Numbered from the stretch's first letter, positions 23,305-36,039 are shown. The stretch is DNA of 64,000 bases from Escherichia coli (GCF_003018115.1 NZ_CP027457.1); one strand, 5' to 3'. Numbers and translations are program-made. The notes: a model not told the origin generated them from the letters alone.

Positions 23305-23997
23305 TTAAAACAACGAGCCAAGCAATCCGATACCAGCACCAATGCCAGCGCCCCAAGGCGTTGATGTTCCCAAAAGACTGGCAAGACCTGCACCGGCAAT
23401 CGCACCAGACGTGCCACCGCTAATTGCAGTCTGAAGACTTGATGGTTTATTGGCATTAGCAGCGGCAAGTGCTGCACTTTGCTGTGCAATGCTGCTCATG
23501 TTGTTGGCGTATGTCTGCCCAGCGTTTGCCTGACCTTGCAGCGCACCAAGCCCAACGTTTGCCAGATTGTTGTAATTGCTCATCTGGTTTGATAACCACG
23601 ACTGACCGAGAGTCGGAGCAATCGTAGCCAGTTGATTGCTTGTGGCTGTCGAACCAAGTCCGCCAGTCGCCTCCGCAGCAGCAAGACTCTGGTAACGAGC
23701 CTGACCTGCAAGGTCTTTATACTGCTGAGAATTGTAATACTGATTAAGTGCCTGCCCCTGACCTTCTAAACTGGAAAGATTCTGAAGCTGGTTAACATAC
23801 TGCTCCGCAAGCGGCGTGAACGGAGCAAGGTTTTTCATGATCGTCTGCCACTGCTGATTTTGCAGGTCTGCGGCATACTTCTGGGCTTCTGCTGCATACT
23901 TTGCGCTTTTATCAGAGCTACCACCTTTCCCGCCTTTTTCAGGGCACCAAGGTTCCTCGCCGCGCAGTTTTCTGCCCAGCTTAAATGCATATAACAT
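23305..23997 (-). CDS. Ejection protein, P22 gp7-like
   Basis: 230-aa Q/A/N-rich protein with C-terminal hydrophobic tail; synteny. Confidence 0.7.
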   Translation of the reverse strand: MLYAFKLGRKLRGEEPWCPEKGGKGGSSDKSAKYAAEAQKYAADLQNQQWQTIMKNLAPFTPLAEQYVNQLQNLSSLEGQGQALNQYYNSQQYKDLAGQARYQSLAAAEATGGLGSTATSNQLATIAPTLGQSWLSNQMSNYNNLANVGLGALQGQANAGQTYANNMSSIAQQSAALAAANANKPSSLQTAISGGTSGAIAGAGLASLLGTSTPWGAGIGAGIGLLGSLF

Positions 23998-23999
23998 GG

Positions 24000-24455
24000 C
24001 TATCTCCCGTGATTCAGGAAGTCGATTAGTTCTTCGCGTGTGGCGCTGTAAAAAGTCACGTCATCCACGCCTTTAAAGTATTTCTTGATGGTTCCGACAC
24101 GCTTAAGGCCAATCATTGCGCAGTAAATCTGCCCGTGGCGGAATTTGCGTGCGGCGAACGATGTGACGCACTGAACGGTGGTGTTAGTCAGAATGTATCG
24201 CCAGAAAGCCAGCCCGATTTCCTTGCTGAATCCACGAATCTCTGGCAGGTACATGGCGTGGCAATCGAATGTCAGCGGCTGAATCTCCTGATAGTAAACA
24301 ATGCCGCCGAACTGACCGTGCACGTTCACCTCAAAGTAACGGCAATCAGGTTTGTAGTCGTATCCATCACCGTTGTTGCTCCCGGCAATAATGTCAGGGT
24401 GATTTCCGACTGCTTCTATCAGGTCGATGTTTCGCGTTGGTTTGAACTGAATCAT
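24000..24455 (-). CDS. P22 gp14-like virion protein
   Basis: Translation [51 protein letters not shown]... Confidence 0.8.
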   Translation of the reverse strand: MIQFKPTRNIDLIEAVGNHPDIIAGSNNGDGYDYKPDCRYFEVNVHGQFGGIVYYQEIQPLTFDCHAMYLPEIRGFSKEIGLAFWRYILTNTTVQCVTSFAARKFRHGQIYCAMIGLKRVGTIKKYFKGVDDVTFYSATREELIDFLNHGR

Positions 24456-25303
24456 TACTGCTCCGCGATTATCTTGATGGTTGTGGCAGTAAACGCCGCA
24501 CCATTCGACTGAATGGTTAACGTGCTGCCATTTGTGGCAAGAAAGCCGTCTTTATCCACGCTGAAGAACGTAGCTAACAGGATGTTATCGGTCGTTGTCG
24601 CCGAGTTGCGGCTGCTTACCAGTGTGTCAGGAACAGAGCCGGAAAAGGTTAGCTGCATTGACCTGTTGGCTGTTCCGCTGGGCCACGTCCCGACGATCGA
24701 CAGCTTGAAGAACAAGGTTTTGTTCTCGTTGAACACAACCATCTTGTTGTTAACGGTGTCGAAGAATGGTGCCAACGTGCCGGATGACGGCGTGAGCGTT
24801 TTCAGCAGGCTAACAAGGTTGGTCGGCGCTGTCGGGATGGTTACTGATACGCCAGAGTAAACAACCTCTGACTTCTTGCGAGTAGTGGCATACTCCAGAG
24901 CATCGATGCGCGTTTCATGGTCTGAAACCTGCGATTCCAGCGACTGAACTCTGGTATCAAGCGACGCAATATCGCTTTCATTCTGCGCTATTCGTGTTTC
25001 ATGTTCCTGAAGAGTTGATTCTGCCTGGCTGATTCGCTCCTCATGATTAACAAGCGTTGCTTCCGCAGCAGAAATTCGCTGCTCATGGTCAGCGAGAATC
25101 ACATCCTGCTCATCGTTCCTGACCTGTGCATCATAAGCGCCCTGTCCGGCCTCGTTGGCCTTGTTAGCCACGTTACCAACATCAGTGCCCTGTGCGATAA
25201 CGTAAAGCAGATACGACTGCGAGAAGATATTGCGTGGAAGGACTGATGTGTCGAGCCGTGTAGCCTGAATGATTACCGGCACATTGAGATTCGAATCAGC
25301 CAT
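24455..25303 (-). CDS. Tail needle protein (P22 gp26-like) with extended C-terminal knob
   Basis: N-terminal [52 protein letters not shown] plus heptad-repeat coiled coil; 282 aa versus 233 in P22. Confidence 0.8.
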   Translation of the reverse strand: MADSNLNVPVIIQATRLDTSVLPRNIFSQSYLLYVIAQGTDVGNVANKANEAGQGAYDAQVRNDEQDVILADHEQRISAAEATLVNHEERISQAESTLQEHETRIAQNESDIASLDTRVQSLESQVSDHETRIDALEYATTRKKSEVVYSGVSVTIPTAPTNLVSLLKTLTPSSGTLAPFFDTVNNKMVVFNENKTLFFKLSIVGTWPSGTANRSMQLTFSGSVPDTLVSSRNSATTTDNILLATFFSVDKDGFLATNGSTLTIQSNGAAFTATTIKIIAEQ

Positions 25304-26721
25304 TACTCAATCCTTATCTGGCAGCCTGACAGAGTGACAGGTGACTTCGTGATAACGCGCAATTTGAAGCCGACATTTTTCCTGATGCGCCCGACTCGCT
25401 TCCACAAAACACGTTTGTCGTAAACGAACGGTTCATTCTGTTCAATCATCTGCTCACGTCCGTAATTTATGCCGTCAGTGGTTGCAGAGAGGAACAGGCG
25501 GTCGGCGTACTGCGCAACGCCAGTTGACGATTCAACCTCAAGGTCGAACACTCTGGCGTTATCCGCTTTGAACAACGGAGTAAACAGCAGGTGTTCCTGT
25601 TGCTTGTCGTACTGGCTGCTGATGTCGAATTGCAGTTTCCCGGTAACAGATTCCAGCTTATCGCCGCACGTTATCTGATTGCCTTCGTAAATGAAGTCGA
25701 TAGCGCGGTACACATCGTCATACAGGCCTGTTTTCAACACACACCATTGCGGACCATTGGCGCTTGAAGATGCGTCGTACACGAGGACGTGACGCGGAAG
25801 GTGGATAATCAGCAACTCATGAGCATCAAATCGCAGAGACTCCATCACGCCATCAGCCAGTTCATCAGCAGTGTAGGAGCGGAGGATTTTCTCAATGCTC
25901 GCGCTGGCGATTGGTGATACCTGACCAGATCCGATGATGTATACAGACGGCGCACCCGTTGCCGGATTGCTGATGAACGCATACGAATCAGCAAACGGCG
26001 TTTTGCAGTAAGTCCCGGCGATGCCTTTTTGCACCATCAGCGATGGCTGGGCGACATACAAAGCAGCACCAACGGTGGTTGCACCAGTCAGGGAAAAATA
26101 CTCAATCGTCGATGAACCAAAGCAGACGATGAAGTCTCGCCATGTCCCGATACCGATAATGCCGTCCGGCTGCGATTCTGCGCGATATTGTGCACTGTAT
26201 CGGTCAGGGTGCGATTCGTCTCCAAGGTCAGTGATAAACCATGAATCAGTGCCGTCTTTTGACCACGCATAACGCCCACGTAAGCGTGTAATGTCGCGGA
26301 CTGAACCTAACTCATACTGCGTAAATCCGCTGTCTGTAGGCCAGTTTGAGACGGTTTTAACCGTACCATCATAGCGATACTCGACCAGTTGACCATTAAC
26401 GCCTACCGCTTGTGATGTCCGACCATGTGCCATTGATACGCGACCACTTCCGGCGACGTCACCGACTTCGCTTTCGCCCTTATACAACTTGCTACCACAC
26501 ACGCGATAAACAGCACTCTGCGCCATGTTGTACTCGACGCCGCGCGATACTCCGTTCACATCAGAACGTTTGGCAATGCCCGGGAATGAGCGAAGATATC
26601 CGCTGCTGTTCAGGATTTCTTTGGGTGTAGCCAGCATATTTACTGGCAGATAGTCGATATAGTCGGCGTTTCGAAAGTCTTTGCCGACACCTTTCATAAG
26701 CGGAAGTTGCTGAATCGGCAT
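25303..26721 (-). CDS. Tail accessory protein, P22 gp10-like
   Basis: 472 aa, same length and position as P22 gp10. Confidence 0.8.
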   Translation of the reverse strand: MPIQQLPLMKGVGKDFRNADYIDYLPVNMLATPKEILNSSGYLRSFPGIAKRSDVNGVSRGVEYNMAQSAVYRVCGSKLYKGESEVGDVAGSGRVSMAHGRTSQAVGVNGQLVEYRYDGTVKTVSNWPTDSGFTQYELGSVRDITRLRGRYAWSKDGTDSWFITDLGDESHPDRYSAQYRAESQPDGIIGIGTWRDFIVCFGSSTIEYFSLTGATTVGAALYVAQPSLMVQKGIAGTYCKTPFADSYAFISNPATGAPSVYIIGSGQVSPIASASIEKILRSYTADELADGVMESLRFDAHELLIIHLPRHVLVYDASSSANGPQWCVLKTGLYDDVYRAIDFIYEGNQITCGDKLESVTGKLQFDISSQYDKQQEHLLFTPLFKADNARVFDLEVESSTGVAQYADRLFLSATTDGINYGREQMIEQNEPFVYDKRVLWKRVGRIRKNVGFKLRVITKSPVTLSGCQIRIE

Positions 26722-27221
26722 TATTCGCTCCCGTTATCGCAAGGTTCCTTTCGGTGGAAGTAATTCCAACCGTTCCACTTCGCCAACTGGTTACCGCTAC
26801 CAACAGGCATACGGTTTGGATAACCGGACTTACATTTAGCGGCTTTTGCTCTGTCCATTGCAGACAGTTTGACGAGTCGCTCTTTCCCGTATCTGGCAGT
26901 GGTTATAAGTTTTGCAGACGCTTCCAGCGCATAATCTGGAGCAATGCGGCAGGCAAGGTTGAAAATGACGGCATTAATAGCGTTATTTGATAAGCCGTGC
27001 TCATCGCCCGGATCCGGAGCAACATCTGCATCAGCAAAAATGTAGCCAACGTTGATACCAGGTGACGCATCACCGCCAAGCCATTCAGCCATCATCATTT
27101 CAAGGTCGTTAACGCCGTCTTCCATAGACTGCGGTTCGACATCGGTTAACGTGGCATTTGATGCCACACCGAGCTTACGTAATGCCGCAAGAACTAAATC
27201 ACCCTTCGTTGTCAGGTTCAT
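26721..27221 (-). CDS. Tail accessory / head-completion protein, P22 gp4-like
   Basis: Translation ...[43 protein letters not shown]... matches P22 gp4. Confidence 0.8.
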   Translation of the reverse strand: MNLTTKGDLVLAALRKLGVASNATLTDVEPQSMEDGVNDLEMMMAEWLGGDASPGINVGYIFADADVAPDPGDEHGLSNNAINAVIFNLACRIAPDYALEASAKLITTARYGKERLVKLSAMDRAKAAKCKSGYPNRMPVGSGNQLAKWNGWNYFHRKEPCDNGSE

Positions 27222-27786
27222 CTGCTGCCGCCTTAGGTTTTCGACCAGGCTTTTTACGCTGTTTTTCTTCTGGCTCTGCAATGGCCGGACGCAAACTCAG
27301 GAGTCGTCCAAGAACATCATTTGCTTCATGACCATCCCACTCTTTCCCGAACTCAAGCTCAGTACCTTCAGGAAGGAACTCGATTTCTTCAACAGGTAGG
27401 TGATAAGTGATTTCGCCTTCTGGAGTGGTGATACCAGCAATAATCCAGCCATCCCACTCTTCACCGTCACTGTGTTTGCGAGACCACCACGAAAGCTCAG
27501 CGTAAGCATGCATCAGCGATGAGAAGAGGCGCACTCGGTGAGCGTAAAGCTCGTTAAAAGTGTGATAACCGTCGGACACTTCGCCCATATCAACTGGGGA
27601 AGTTTCACCTACGCCAACACTCCCAATTTGATCACCAACAAGAGGATCATCAGGAACATCGTCAGGGTGCTTATACCAGCCATTTGCTAAGTGCACAGCT
27701 ACATCATCAGGATCAACGGTTTTCGTTTTCAGCTTGCGCCCCCATATTTTGGTATCTCCGCCAGCCTGAAAAATCATTACGCTCAT
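27199..27786 (-). CDS. Hypothetical protein inserted between coat and gp4 genes
   Basis: 195-aa [21 protein letters not shown]... with GGAG RBS 7 nt upstream; no recognised family. Confidence 0.5.
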   Translation of the reverse strand: MSVMIFQAGGDTKIWGRKLKTKTVDPDDVAVHLANGWYKHPDDVPDDPLVGDQIGSVGVGETSPVDMGEVSDGYHTFNELYAHRVRLFSSLMHAYAELSWWSRKHSDGEEWDGWIIAGITTPEGEITYHLPVEEIEFLPEGTELEFGKEWDGHEANDVLGRLLSLRPAIAEPEEKQRKKPGRKPKAAADEPDNEG

Positions 27787-27796
27787 TGGTATCTCC

Positions 27797-27821
27797 AATA
27801 GAAAAGGGAGCCGAAGCTCCC
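27797..27821 (-). terminator. Hairpin plus T-tract immediately after the coat gene (terminator/attenuator)
   Basis: GGGAGC-TTCG-GCTCCC followed by TTTTCTATT on the minus strand. Confidence 0.55.
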
Positions 27822-27829
27822 TCTGGTTA

Positions 27830-29125
27830 TCACGCGGTCTGGTTAGGCAGACCAACACCAATTGCCTCTGGTCGTACAGCACATGCTGAATACCACACAG
27901 CAATACGGCACTTACCAGACAGAGTGTTGATATCACCCTGCGTTGCGAAGATGCCGTTAACACCAATACCAGGAATGCTGAAGGAAGACGTTTTCATGCC
28001 AGCAAACAGTTCATGGGTTACCGGGATCGGCTGAGACAGCAGACGGATTGAGTCATCAGCCCAGAACACGTTAGCGGTGGTCGTTGCCACGTTCAGAACG
28101 TTTACCGGAGTGGTATCAGCAAGAGAGGTGTTTACGTTAGCGTAAGCCTTCTCTTCTTTTGTCAGTGAAGCGTCATCAAGCGCAATCGGCTTCGGCGTGA
28201 TTTCGATGTGAGTACCATCGATCACACGGGTGATTGAGAAAGTCGCATCATCAGTCAGCACGTTCTTCGCCATCTGAGACAAGAATTTCACACCAGTGAA
28301 GCTGATTTTGTCGCCGCGCTTAAACCCGGTGGTGGAGGATACGGTCACCGTTGCAACACGGTTGTCGACGTTCTCTTTGTTACCATCGGTATCAAGGGTG
28401 TATGCCTGCGGCTTAAACTTCTGCGCACCAGAAACAGTTACACCAGTAGCGGTTGACTTGGTAACTGCCGGAAGTTTCGGTGAGCGAAGAATTTCATCAA
28501 AGCCAGCAATCTGACGCTGAATAGTACCGTTGCGATACGCTTCTTCAGGAACGCGCCCGAAGATGTCACCATCTACCAGGTTGCGGCCTGCTTTGCGGTA
28601 ATCGTCAGGGTTCAGGAAGTAACTGATGCCCATATCGCGGTTTAGCTCACGGGAGAACATCAGGCGCTCTGCATCAGACACAAAATCCCAGCCAGACAGG
28701 CCAGTAGATGGACCAATTGCGCGGGTATCGTGAACAACAAGCGAGCCCATTTCAGTTGCCTGTTTGGCAATCGCTGACTCAATGTTATTCGCCAGTTTTT
28801 TGGCGGATGCCTGGATGCGGCGACGGTAAGAACGCTCATCACGCAGGTCATCTGCACGAAGCTCGAAGAAATCGTTATCCGGATCGCCCATGTTGCATTT
28901 CACGGACAGTTCCAGAATACCGGTAGCGTTGCCAGTTAAATCCCAGCCAGTCTGAGTTGGCGCTTCCTGCTCAACAGGCATCCACACGGTGTTGCTTGAA
29001 CGTTGCATGGATTCTGCCGGAGGGGTGTATTTTGTCACTTTTGACGCCATTGGCGTCAGGTTCTGGACGGTTTCGATGATTTCATCCAGAGCATACGTGA
29101 CCAGTTGACCTTCATTTAATGCCAT
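27830..29125 (-). CDS. Major coat protein, P22 gp5-like
   Basis: 431-aa translation [54 protein letters not shown]... Confidence 0.92.
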   Translation of the reverse strand: MALNEGQLVTYALDEIIETVQNLTPMASKVTKYTPPAESMQRSSNTVWMPVEQEAPTQTGWDLTGNATGILELSVKCNMGDPDNDFFELRADDLRDERSYRRRIQASAKKLANNIESAIAKQATEMGSLVVHDTRAIGPSTGLSGWDFVSDAERLMFSRELNRDMGISYFLNPDDYRKAGRNLVDGDIFGRVPEEAYRNGTIQRQIAGFDEILRSPKLPAVTKSTATGVTVSGAQKFKPQAYTLDTDGNKENVDNRVATVTVSSTTGFKRGDKISFTGVKFLSQMAKNVLTDDATFSITRVIDGTHIEITPKPIALDDASLTKEEKAYANVNTSLADTTPVNVLNVATTTANVFWADDSIRLLSQPIPVTHELFAGMKTSSFSIPGIGVNGIFATQGDINTLSGKCRIAVWYSACAVRPEAIGVGLPNQTA

Positions 29126-30036
29126 TATCGAATTCCTTTATTCAGTTGCGCCTTGAGCTTGCGGTACGTCTCTACATCCCCTTTGTTTGCTGCCGCCTCC
29201 ATCTGCTTTTCAATCGCAGATATATTTGCAGCAACAGCGTGTCCCTGAATGGGTTCATCAGGTAGCGGGGCTTCTGAAACAGGTTTGGCTCGAGGCTTGA
29301 GAGTTAAACGTTCTGACAGTCGAGTGAGTTCAATCAGCGCGGATTGCCCGTCCATCGCCAGCAACTGGCGTGTTTTCTCAGGATTAGCACCAAGGTGATA
29401 CATGAGAGCGGCGGATTTCTCCGGGAAGAGGCGCATGATGTCGGCACCGACTGCTGGCGGCACCAGTTGCATGAATGCATCCTCTTTCTCCTGATAGTCA
29501 GGGATATTGAGCTTTTCCGCTGCGTCGTAGTGCTTACGGGCTGCCTCGACGTATTGCGCTGATTGCTGGGTGAACTCCTGAGTTTTGCGACCCTGCTCGG
29601 CGACAGCCTGGCTTCGTGCGTCCATAGCCTTGATCTGCCATTCACTGTTTGCCTGCTGGAAGGCAGCCAGTGCGCGGCTCTGGTCATAGTCGTACTTAGC
29701 CAGTGCATCTTCGGAAAGATAATCGTTAGGGTCTGGTTGTTTTGGTAACTCAGGGTTCACCCGCAGGTGCTCCGGCAACTCTCCACGCTTAACCGCTTCC
29801 ATCTGCTGCTCAAGCTCACGCTGGCGTTTGCGTTCGATGCGGCGACGGGCAAATTCAGCATTAGTTGCCGGGTCTTGTTTTGGTTTCTCATCGTCTTTCA
29901 GGACAATCTCGAAGCCTTCTTCCTGACCTGCGTTGTCGTTGGCATTATCGACAACTAAGCCATCAGCAGATGCCGCTGCATGATTGCCGGGCAGGGTTAA
30001 TTCTTCAGAAGCCTGAATGTCGGTGGTTTGGTCCAT
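29125..30036 (-). CDS. Scaffolding protein, P22 gp8-like
   Basis: 303-aa translation ...[60 protein letters not shown]... Confidence 0.92.
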   Translation of the reverse strand: MDQTTDIQASEELTLPGNHAAASADGLVVDNANDNAGQEEGFEIVLKDDEKPKQDPATNAEFARRRIERKRQRELEQQMEAVKRGELPEHLRVNPELPKQPDPNDYLSEDALAKYDYDQSRALAAFQQANSEWQIKAMDARSQAVAEQGRKTQEFTQQSAQYVEAARKHYDAAEKLNIPDYQEKEDAFMQLVPPAVGADIMRLFPEKSAALMYHLGANPEKTRQLLAMDGQSALIELTRLSERLTLKPRAKPVSEAPLPDEPIQGHAVAANISAIEKQMEAAANKGDVETYRKLKAQLNKGIR

Positions 30037-30049
30037 GATTAACTCTCTC

Positions 30050-32215
30050 TTATTGAGGTGTCTCGGCTACTCCGCCGGAGGGGATTTGAACTTGACGCAT
30101 AAGATTCGCGAAATCAATGCGTTGTGAATGAGTCTGGTCTGCATCTTTAAGAAGCAGCTCAGCGTTAGCACGAGCATCTTTGCTGCGCTGTTGCTGGAAT
30201 TGACCTACGAGCTTGAGGTACTCACGCAGTTCTGCCTGCTTGTCGAGGTCCATATTGTTAAAGATTTCTGCAATCTTCGCGGCGTTGAGTTGGTTTTGGG
30301 CTTCAACCTTGGCGGCTTCAACCTGAATCTGCGCCTGTTGGTTCTCTGCCTTGAGCAATTCAGCCTGACCTTGCAGAAGGATACCCTGCGCCTGAATTTG
30401 CTCTGCTGATGGCTGCTGCGGCTGTTGTTGTGCCTGCTGTACCATCTCCATCTCTTCAGGTGTTTCTGGTTTCTTCAGCCCCATCATCACCAGTTGCTTG
30501 TTAGCGTACTCTCGCATCATCTCGACGCCTTTACCGTCAAGCAGCGTGAAGTATTGCAGCATCAGCATCTGGAACTCTGGAGTACCTTGCGGAACCTTGG
30601 TGAGCAACTCCTGAATCTCTGCGCGGTTCTGTTCCTTCATACTCTGGAAGGATGGTCCAACGTCCGTATAGCACTCATATCGACCACGAATGTCGTTGAG
30701 TGTGACCACATTGCCGGACTGGTAATCGACAACTTGCGCATAGAGTTGAACGTCTTTCTCGCTTCCATCTTCAAGTGTCAGCGTTACATGACGAGGAACG
30801 TCATAAATATCGTTGACCATTGAGGCATAAATCTCGCCATCACGTCGCATTGCGGTAGCCAGGTTATCCTGAAACACGTATGTCTCAAGGTCTGCCCGCA
30901 TGTTCAGTTGATTGACGGTATCGAAAGCGACCTGACCATTTGCCGCCTGCGCATCCACGCCAAGACTAGCCACCTCTTTCACTGCGTTGGTGGCAGCCTC
31001 AAGCATGTAAGCGTTGGCTTGCGGCACTTCAGGGTTTTCCATGTAGGAGATTGGACCAATCGGCAGGTCGTTACCGTTTTCATCGGTCTTGTTCTGCAAA
31101 TAGTACGGATAGTCATCATTTCCACCGTACATGTATTCGTAGCCTTCGATTTGCTCAGGGAAGAAGGTCGGTTTCTTCTTCGGTGAACGAGCAACAATAT
31201 CGGCGTTGAATGACATGATCATGTTACGAAGGCGCTGACCGTCTTTCGTCAGCCTTACCACTCCTTCGTAGCACTCCTTGTCACCAGCGAATGACCATTC
31301 GCCATACACTGGAACGATTGGAATATGCTCTCCGGCTATCTTCTCGCGGTCTTTCAGTATCTGCGTGCAGGTGATGATCGACTTATACACACGCCGACGC
31401 TTCACCTTGCGCTCTGCTACCTTAATGAATCCACGATTAGCCAGGTCGTCGATGACGTCTTTGATATCTTGCTGGTAATAGCTGACCGGCTCACCTGTCA
31501 GCGGGTCGCGGTAGATGAAGACTTTTTCTTTCTTCTCTTCGACCTCGTAATACTCAGCGACGTAGACGACATCATTCGATACCCACGGAAACAGCCATGT
31601 GTCGTTCGGATTCTGGAAAGATGGCAAGGTATCCGGATCAATACCGTAATCCTCTGCGAACTCTTTCCAGCCATTGCGTGACAAGGCGTTAATCACCGTG
31701 CAGTGCTTAGCGTCGCTCTTATCCATCTGCTTGCTGTTGGCGTCCCATATGACGTGTGAGCAGGCTTCATGGATTGGCAGGCGTCGGATTACCTGATTGT
31801 TGCTTGTTGGATCGTTGTCTTCGTACTGCGTGACCAGACGCCATGCACCAACGCCTGACTCTATCTGCTCACGAACGCCAACGTTAACGGCAATTTTTGC
31901 CGTATTATGGCGCATATCAGTACGATACATCCCCATCAACACATCGGCTGCATCAGGATTAGCGCCGTCTTTGGGTCGGAAGAGAACGTCGATAGGGTTC
32001 CGGCGCATCTCTGCGACCAGCTTCCTGACCACCGGGCGAACAACATCGAATTGTCCGCGATATTGCAGGGTGGTGTAGTTTGATAGCCAGTCATCCCATT
32101 GCGACACTCGGCTAAAATACAGGTCATTTGTCGCCTCGGTTCTGGCTTCATCGCTCGCCATCCAGTCCGCGTCAAACTTACACAGAATGGAATTGAGTCT
32201 GTTTTCGTCGGCCAT
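30050..32215 (-). CDS. Portal protein, P22 gp1-like
   Basis: 721-aa translation [43 protein letters not shown]... Confidence 0.92.
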   Translation of the reverse strand: MADENRLNSILCKFDADWMASDEARTEATNDLYFSRVSQWDDWLSNYTTLQYRGQFDVVRPVVRKLVAEMRRNPIDVLFRPKDGANPDAADVLMGMYRTDMRHNTAKIAVNVGVREQIESGVGAWRLVTQYEDNDPTSNNQVIRRLPIHEACSHVIWDANSKQMDKSDAKHCTVINALSRNGWKEFAEDYGIDPDTLPSFQNPNDTWLFPWVSNDVVYVAEYYEVEEKKEKVFIYRDPLTGEPVSYYQQDIKDVIDDLANRGFIKVAERKVKRRRVYKSIITCTQILKDREKIAGEHIPIVPVYGEWSFAGDKECYEGVVRLTKDGQRLRNMIMSFNADIVARSPKKKPTFFPEQIEGYEYMYGGNDDYPYYLQNKTDENGNDLPIGPISYMENPEVPQANAYMLEAATNAVKEVASLGVDAQAANGQVAFDTVNQLNMRADLETYVFQDNLATAMRRDGEIYASMVNDIYDVPRHVTLTLEDGSEKDVQLYAQVVDYQSGNVVTLNDIRGRYECYTDVGPSFQSMKEQNRAEIQELLTKVPQGTPEFQMLMLQYFTLLDGKGVEMMREYANKQLVMMGLKKPETPEEMEMVQQAQQQPQQPSAEQIQAQGILLQGQAELLKAENQQAQIQVEAAKVEAQNQLNAAKIAEIFNNMDLDKQAELREYLKLVGQFQQQRSKDARANAELLLKDADQTHSQRIDFANLMRQVQIPSGGVAETPQ

Positions 32216-33715
32216 TTAAGTTCTCCGTGCGATGGGCCTGATTGGGGCTGGTATCTTTTTCTCTTTTGGTTTTTTGATGTCGCGCATCATTTTGGCGAAG
32301 CGGCGCATCATGTATGCATAGCGAACGGCTGAGAGAACGTCGTCGTTAAGCTTGACGATCTTCCCGTTTTCATCACGGTGATAGAGGCGGAATTCCTCAA
32401 AGAATGGTTCACAGGTGTTGAATACCTTGAAGCGACCATCTAGCATCATGTCGCGCAATTCAGTGATTCCAGGCTCAACAGCATTACCGCCATCAGGCCA
32501 TGTCGCATGCTCCTGCAACATCATAAATCCAGCGTCCGCATACTGCCCTTTGAGCTGCTCACCGCCGCCCTTCTCGTGCTGGTTTCCGTCATGGGGCCAT
32601 GCGGTTGGCACTTTATGCGCCCATGGTTTAACGGCTCCCCACGCCTGAACGGCTGTCTTTTCTTTCGCCTTCCACACGCGTGAAAGGTAGATTATGTCTG
32701 CGTCCTTATCCCACCAAAGCTGAACCTGCGCCTGTGGGTGATCCCATCCGAAATCCATCCCGCCAATTACGTAGAAGTGATCCGGACACTCGAACGGCTG
32801 ACACTTAATCGTCTCTTCCGGTATCTGGAAGATTCGACCGCTACCCATCGTAGGAATACCGCGAGCACGCGCCTCTCTCTCATGCTCGGGATAGGATGCG
32901 ATGATTTGCTCTTTTTGCTCGTCGGTGTAGTGCTCAGCGTCGTAGATGGTCATGTTGACCACTTTCTGCGACTTGCTGGGATTCTTCAGGAACTTGGTAA
33001 CAACGTCAGACATCCCCATCAGCGGGGTAAACGTCAGAATTGAGAATTGCCCGTATTTGTTGGTACGGGTAAGGCCTTCGCCATAAATGCTGTATGGTGG
33101 TTCTTCGTCAAACCACACGCCATGGATTGTATCACCCTGCCAGCGAGCACGGCCTTGCGAGTATGGCTTGAAGTAGCAGATTGAAATGCCATCTTCAACG
33201 CCATCAGCCGTGTGATGCTTAACCAGAAGATGATCAACAAGGTTCGGAAAGAAAGGAGACTTCTTCCAGCTAATGATGTCTTCTTTCGGTATGGAACCGT
33301 AGCCAGGCTCATCATTCTCTTCGATACGACCGCACAGGATGCGTTGAGTCGTTTTGGTTACCGTCTCGTTTGTCTCGCCGCCAATCCAGAAGACAACAGG
33401 CTCATAGAAACGCTTACCTTTCCACTCGCCGCCATATTTACCATCAGCAGGATAGCCTTTTGTGCCAGGATAACGCCCTGTAAGGTGAAACGCGACTTCA
33501 GCAGCGCCAGTAAATGACTTACCAAGCTGGTTACCAGCCATAAAACATCGCTCTGGATAGTCATGCCCGGCGTCGATGAACTCACGCTGTTTGCTGTATG
33601 GCGTAAATTCATACAGCAGGTGTGTGTTCCGGTAGTTCTCTTCTTCTTCGAGTAGATCGAGCAATTCGATTTGCTCTTCATCGCTCAGGTTATCAAGAAT
33701 CGCGTCCAGTTCCAC
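32216..33715 (-). CDS. Terminase large subunit, P22 gp2-like
   Basis: 499-aa translation [46 protein letters not shown]... Confidence 0.92.
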   Translation of the reverse strand: MELDAILDNLSDEEQIELLDLLEEEENYRNTHLLYEFTPYSKQREFIDAGHDYPERCFMAGNQLGKSFTGAAEVAFHLTGRYPGTKGYPADGKYGGEWKGKRFYEPVVFWIGGETNETVTKTTQRILCGRIEENDEPGYGSIPKEDIISWKKSPFFPNLVDHLLVKHHTADGVEDGISICYFKPYSQGRARWQGDTIHGVWFDEEPPYSIYGEGLTRTNKYGQFSILTFTPLMGMSDVVTKFLKNPSKSQKVVNMTIYDAEHYTDEQKEQIIASYPEHEREARARGIPTMGSGRIFQIPEETIKCQPFECPDHFYVIGGMDFGWDHPQAQVQLWWDKDADIIYLSRVWKAKEKTAVQAWGAVKPWAHKVPTAWPHDGNQHEKGGGEQLKGQYADAGFMMLQEHATWPDGGNAVEPGITELRDMMLDGRFKVFNTCEPFFEEFRLYHRDENGKIVKLNDDVLSAVRYAYMMRRFAKMMRDIKKPKEKKIPAPIRPIARRT

Positions 33716-34181
33716 GGTTGAATAGCTCCTTGATACGAGAGCGCCGCTTATCGCGATCTCCCTTATCAGGTGTCACGTCTTCAACTTGCGACTGCTCTTT
33801 GAGGCCCAAATCACGGGCGATGATGTTAGCGTTGAGAAGGTCAGCGGCTGCGCCAGAGAATTTCTGGTCGTAGATGACCTGCTCTGCTCGCGTAACGACT
33901 TCAGATAAATCTTCTCGCAGGCGATATGTGCGCCATGTTTCAAGCGTCACATCAATGAACAGAGTGAGGCCGGTGATGGTCATCGCTCGCATCTTGGCGA
34001 TAGGCTCTTGCATCACTTCCCCCTGATACGAGAACGCCTTCATCTCCCATAGCGGGTTAGCTTCCACCCACTCGAAGTATTCACAACAAGCAGCCCACAG
34101 CGCCTCAGGCGATTCGAATTTAGGGTTTCGCCCATGACTACTGCGGGCCTCCCAAAATCGGTTGCCCTTTGGTGCTGCCAT
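33693..34181 (-). CDS. Terminase small subunit, P22 gp3-like
   Basis: 162-aa translation [50 protein letters not shown]... Confidence 0.92.
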   Translation of the reverse strand: MAAPKGNRFWEARSSHGRNPKFESPEALWAACCEYFEWVEANPLWEMKAFSYQGEVMQEPIAKMRAMTITGLTLFIDVTLETWRTYRLREDLSEVVTRAEQVIYDQKFSGAAADLLNANIIARDLGLKEQSQVEDVTPDKGDRDKRRSRIKELFNRGTGRDS

Positions 34182-34260
34182 ATTGATTATTTCCCTTCTG
34201 CTTGCTTATCCCATTCATCGCGGAATTTGGATGGGTTGTCGAAACCTTGAGTTGCCATGA

Positions 34261-34503
34261 TTATGCTCCGGTGGTGAACAGGTCTAACACTTCCTTCGAT
34301 TTACGTACCGCTTCGATAGTGCGGGTCGTGATATCTGAATTAGCGCCGCCTGACTGGAAGTGAATTTTGAATAGCTCAAGCTTCAGCTCGTCAGTGCCAA
34401 TGAACTGAAATGCTTCTTCTGCGGCTGCGTTCTGGTTCATGACCAGTTTGTAAATCTCTAACTGGAATTTCTGTTCTTCAGTCATGGGAATAATCTCTGC
34501 CAT
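34261..34503 (-). CDS. Hypothetical 80-aa protein upstream of terminase (P22 ORF80-like position)
   Basis: ORF in the late operon between rha and the small terminase gene. Confidence 0.5.
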   Translation of the reverse strand: MAEIIPMTEEQKFQLEIYKLVMNQNAAAEEAFQFIGTDELKLELFKIHFQSGGANSDITTRTIEAVRKSKEVLDLFTTGA

Positions 34504-34712
34504 TGTTGGCTCCGTTTATCCGTTAAAAGGGATATCAGTTAAGTTATCCCGTGCAGGGTATAAGCTATTGTCGAGACCACTCATTGAATGGTCTCTCCAT
34601 CAGTCCGCCACCACAAAGAATCTTTTTTGCCATAAGGCAGGAGGTTCATCTTTCAGTGGCTGCCAGTGTTATTTCCCCACTTACTGGCTTGGGTTGTTTC
34701 GTGGTACTGCCG

Positions 34713-35255
34713 TTAATTGGTGAGTCCGGGGATTACGGTTTGCCCGTGCTGTTCAAGGCGTTCAATTCTCGCCAGTAGCTGAGGCTTCTTAATTTTTCCC
34801 CAGCGATTAAGCAGGCGGCCTGACATGCTGGCAACATCCTTCTCTTTCATGTACTCCAGCATTACGGCATTTCTCTCTTCTTCAAATTGACGATGACCAA
34901 CCTGAAGCATGGCGTACATCCAGTTGAATGCGTTGATGTAAGCAATTTTGATACGCATTGCTTCTTTTTTGGTGTAGGACATAACCAAAAGCATCAACCC
35001 ATCCTTACGTAGCCGATAGAATTTTTGCGGCTTACCATTCTGTAACTCATTGTTTTTATAGCAAAGCTCAAAGTTGAGCTTTGTATCAAACTCAGGAGGG
35101 CAAGCTTCTATGGTTCGCTCAATGTCACGGACTACGTTCTTCGGCAGCTTTCCAAATGCTTTTGCCACCATAAAAGAATCTGTAACCGGATCGTTGTTTG
35201 CTACAAAAATTAGGTCTCTGAAATCTATATCGTTAACAACGGTTGGGTAGTTCAT
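34713..35255 (-). CDS. rha: Rha family phage regulatory protein
   Basis: N-terminal ...VTDSFMVAKAFGKLPKNVVRDIERTIE... typical of Rha domain; position after the lysis genes as in P22. Confidence 0.65.
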   Translation of the reverse strand: MNYPTVVNDIDFRDLIFVANNDPVTDSFMVAKAFGKLPKNVVRDIERTIEACPPEFDTKLNFELCYKNNELQNGKPQKFYRLRKDGLMLLVMSYTKKEAMRIKIAYINAFNWMYAMLQVGHRQFEEERNAVMLEYMKEKDVASMSGRLLNRWGKIKKPQLLARIERLEQHGQTVIPGLTN

Positions 35256-35601
35256 TGCGTCTTTACCTTTTAGAAAGATGAGCCTGTTCGCACAGAAAAG
35301 CCGTCCCCGAGATGGTCGCCACCATATACGGCAATTCTCAGGCTCAGCTTTCTGAAAGACTCGGGATTGTTACGCGCTGCGATGCGCGGTTTACTGCAGA
35401 TGTAAAAAAGCCCCGCTACTGCGAGGCTAAATCCTGGTGTTTGTGATGACTGGCCCTTATCTCAACGCAGCCCCTTACCGCGCGCCAGATGCTCAATATC
35501 AAGCATCAGCAATGAGATGTTTAATCTGGATTCACTCCAGAAGTGATCACCACCCTGTCTACAGAGCCAGATGTGAAGGATGATGAGTAGAATTATCGCT
35601 A

Positions 35602-36039
35602 TCATCGAAGGCATTGCGTCCTGATGTATTCCTGCAGGTAGTTAACCTGCGCGGTTATCCTGTCGATTCCACTTCGGAGACGGTAATAATTGAGTTCAGC
35701 ATCTGCTGTAAGTCTTGGGCTTTCTCCATCGCCCATGCTGCTGGCTCCGGTCGTTGACTTTGCACAGGTGGCGGAGACTTGCAGGCGCTTACGACCAACA
35801 GAAACATCAGCACGGAGACTTTCGATAGTCGCGTTAGCATCAGCAAGCTCCTTTGTGTATCTGGCGTCGAGTTCTGCTACATCACGTTGACGCTTCTGCA
35901 TATCAGCGATGATGGATGTGGCTTTGTCGCGCTGGTCTTTATAGGCGATGGCGTTATCACGGTAATGATTAACAGCCCATGACAGGCAGACGATGATGCA
36001 GATAACCAGAGAGGAGATAATCGCGGTTACTCTGCTCAT
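35602..36039 (-). CDS. Rz: Spanin inner-membrane subunit Rz (lambda-type)
   Basis: Translation [34 protein letters not shown]... nearly identical to lambda Rz N-terminus. Confidence 0.9.
   Translation of the reverse strand: MSRVTAIISSLVICIIVCLSWAVNHYRDNAIAYKDQRDKATSIIADMQKRQRDVAELDARYTKELADANATIESLRADVSVGRKRLQVSATCAKSTTGASSMGDGESPRLTADAELNYYRLRSGIDRITAQVNYLQEYIRTQCLR
35655..35846 (-). CDS. Rz1: Spanin outer-membrane lipoprotein subunit Rz1, embedded in Rz in another frame
   Basis: Embedded ORF with lipobox VVSAC and proline-rich segment; start approximate. Confidence 0.7.
   Translation of the reverse strand: MLMLTRLSKVSVLMFLLVVSACKSPPPVQSQRPEPAAWAMEKAQDLQQMLNSIITVSEVESTG

Noticed and set aside
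29334-32175. Many overlapping short ORFs on both strands within the scaffold and portal genes
   Set aside because: Embedded in long, well-supported P22-like structural genes; alternative-frame artefacts.
34484-34778. Two overlapping plus-strand ORFs (79 and 75 aa) in the gap between ORF80 and rha
   Set aside because: Opposite to the late-operon direction, overlapping each other, no convincing RBS; gap more likely regulatory or intergenic.
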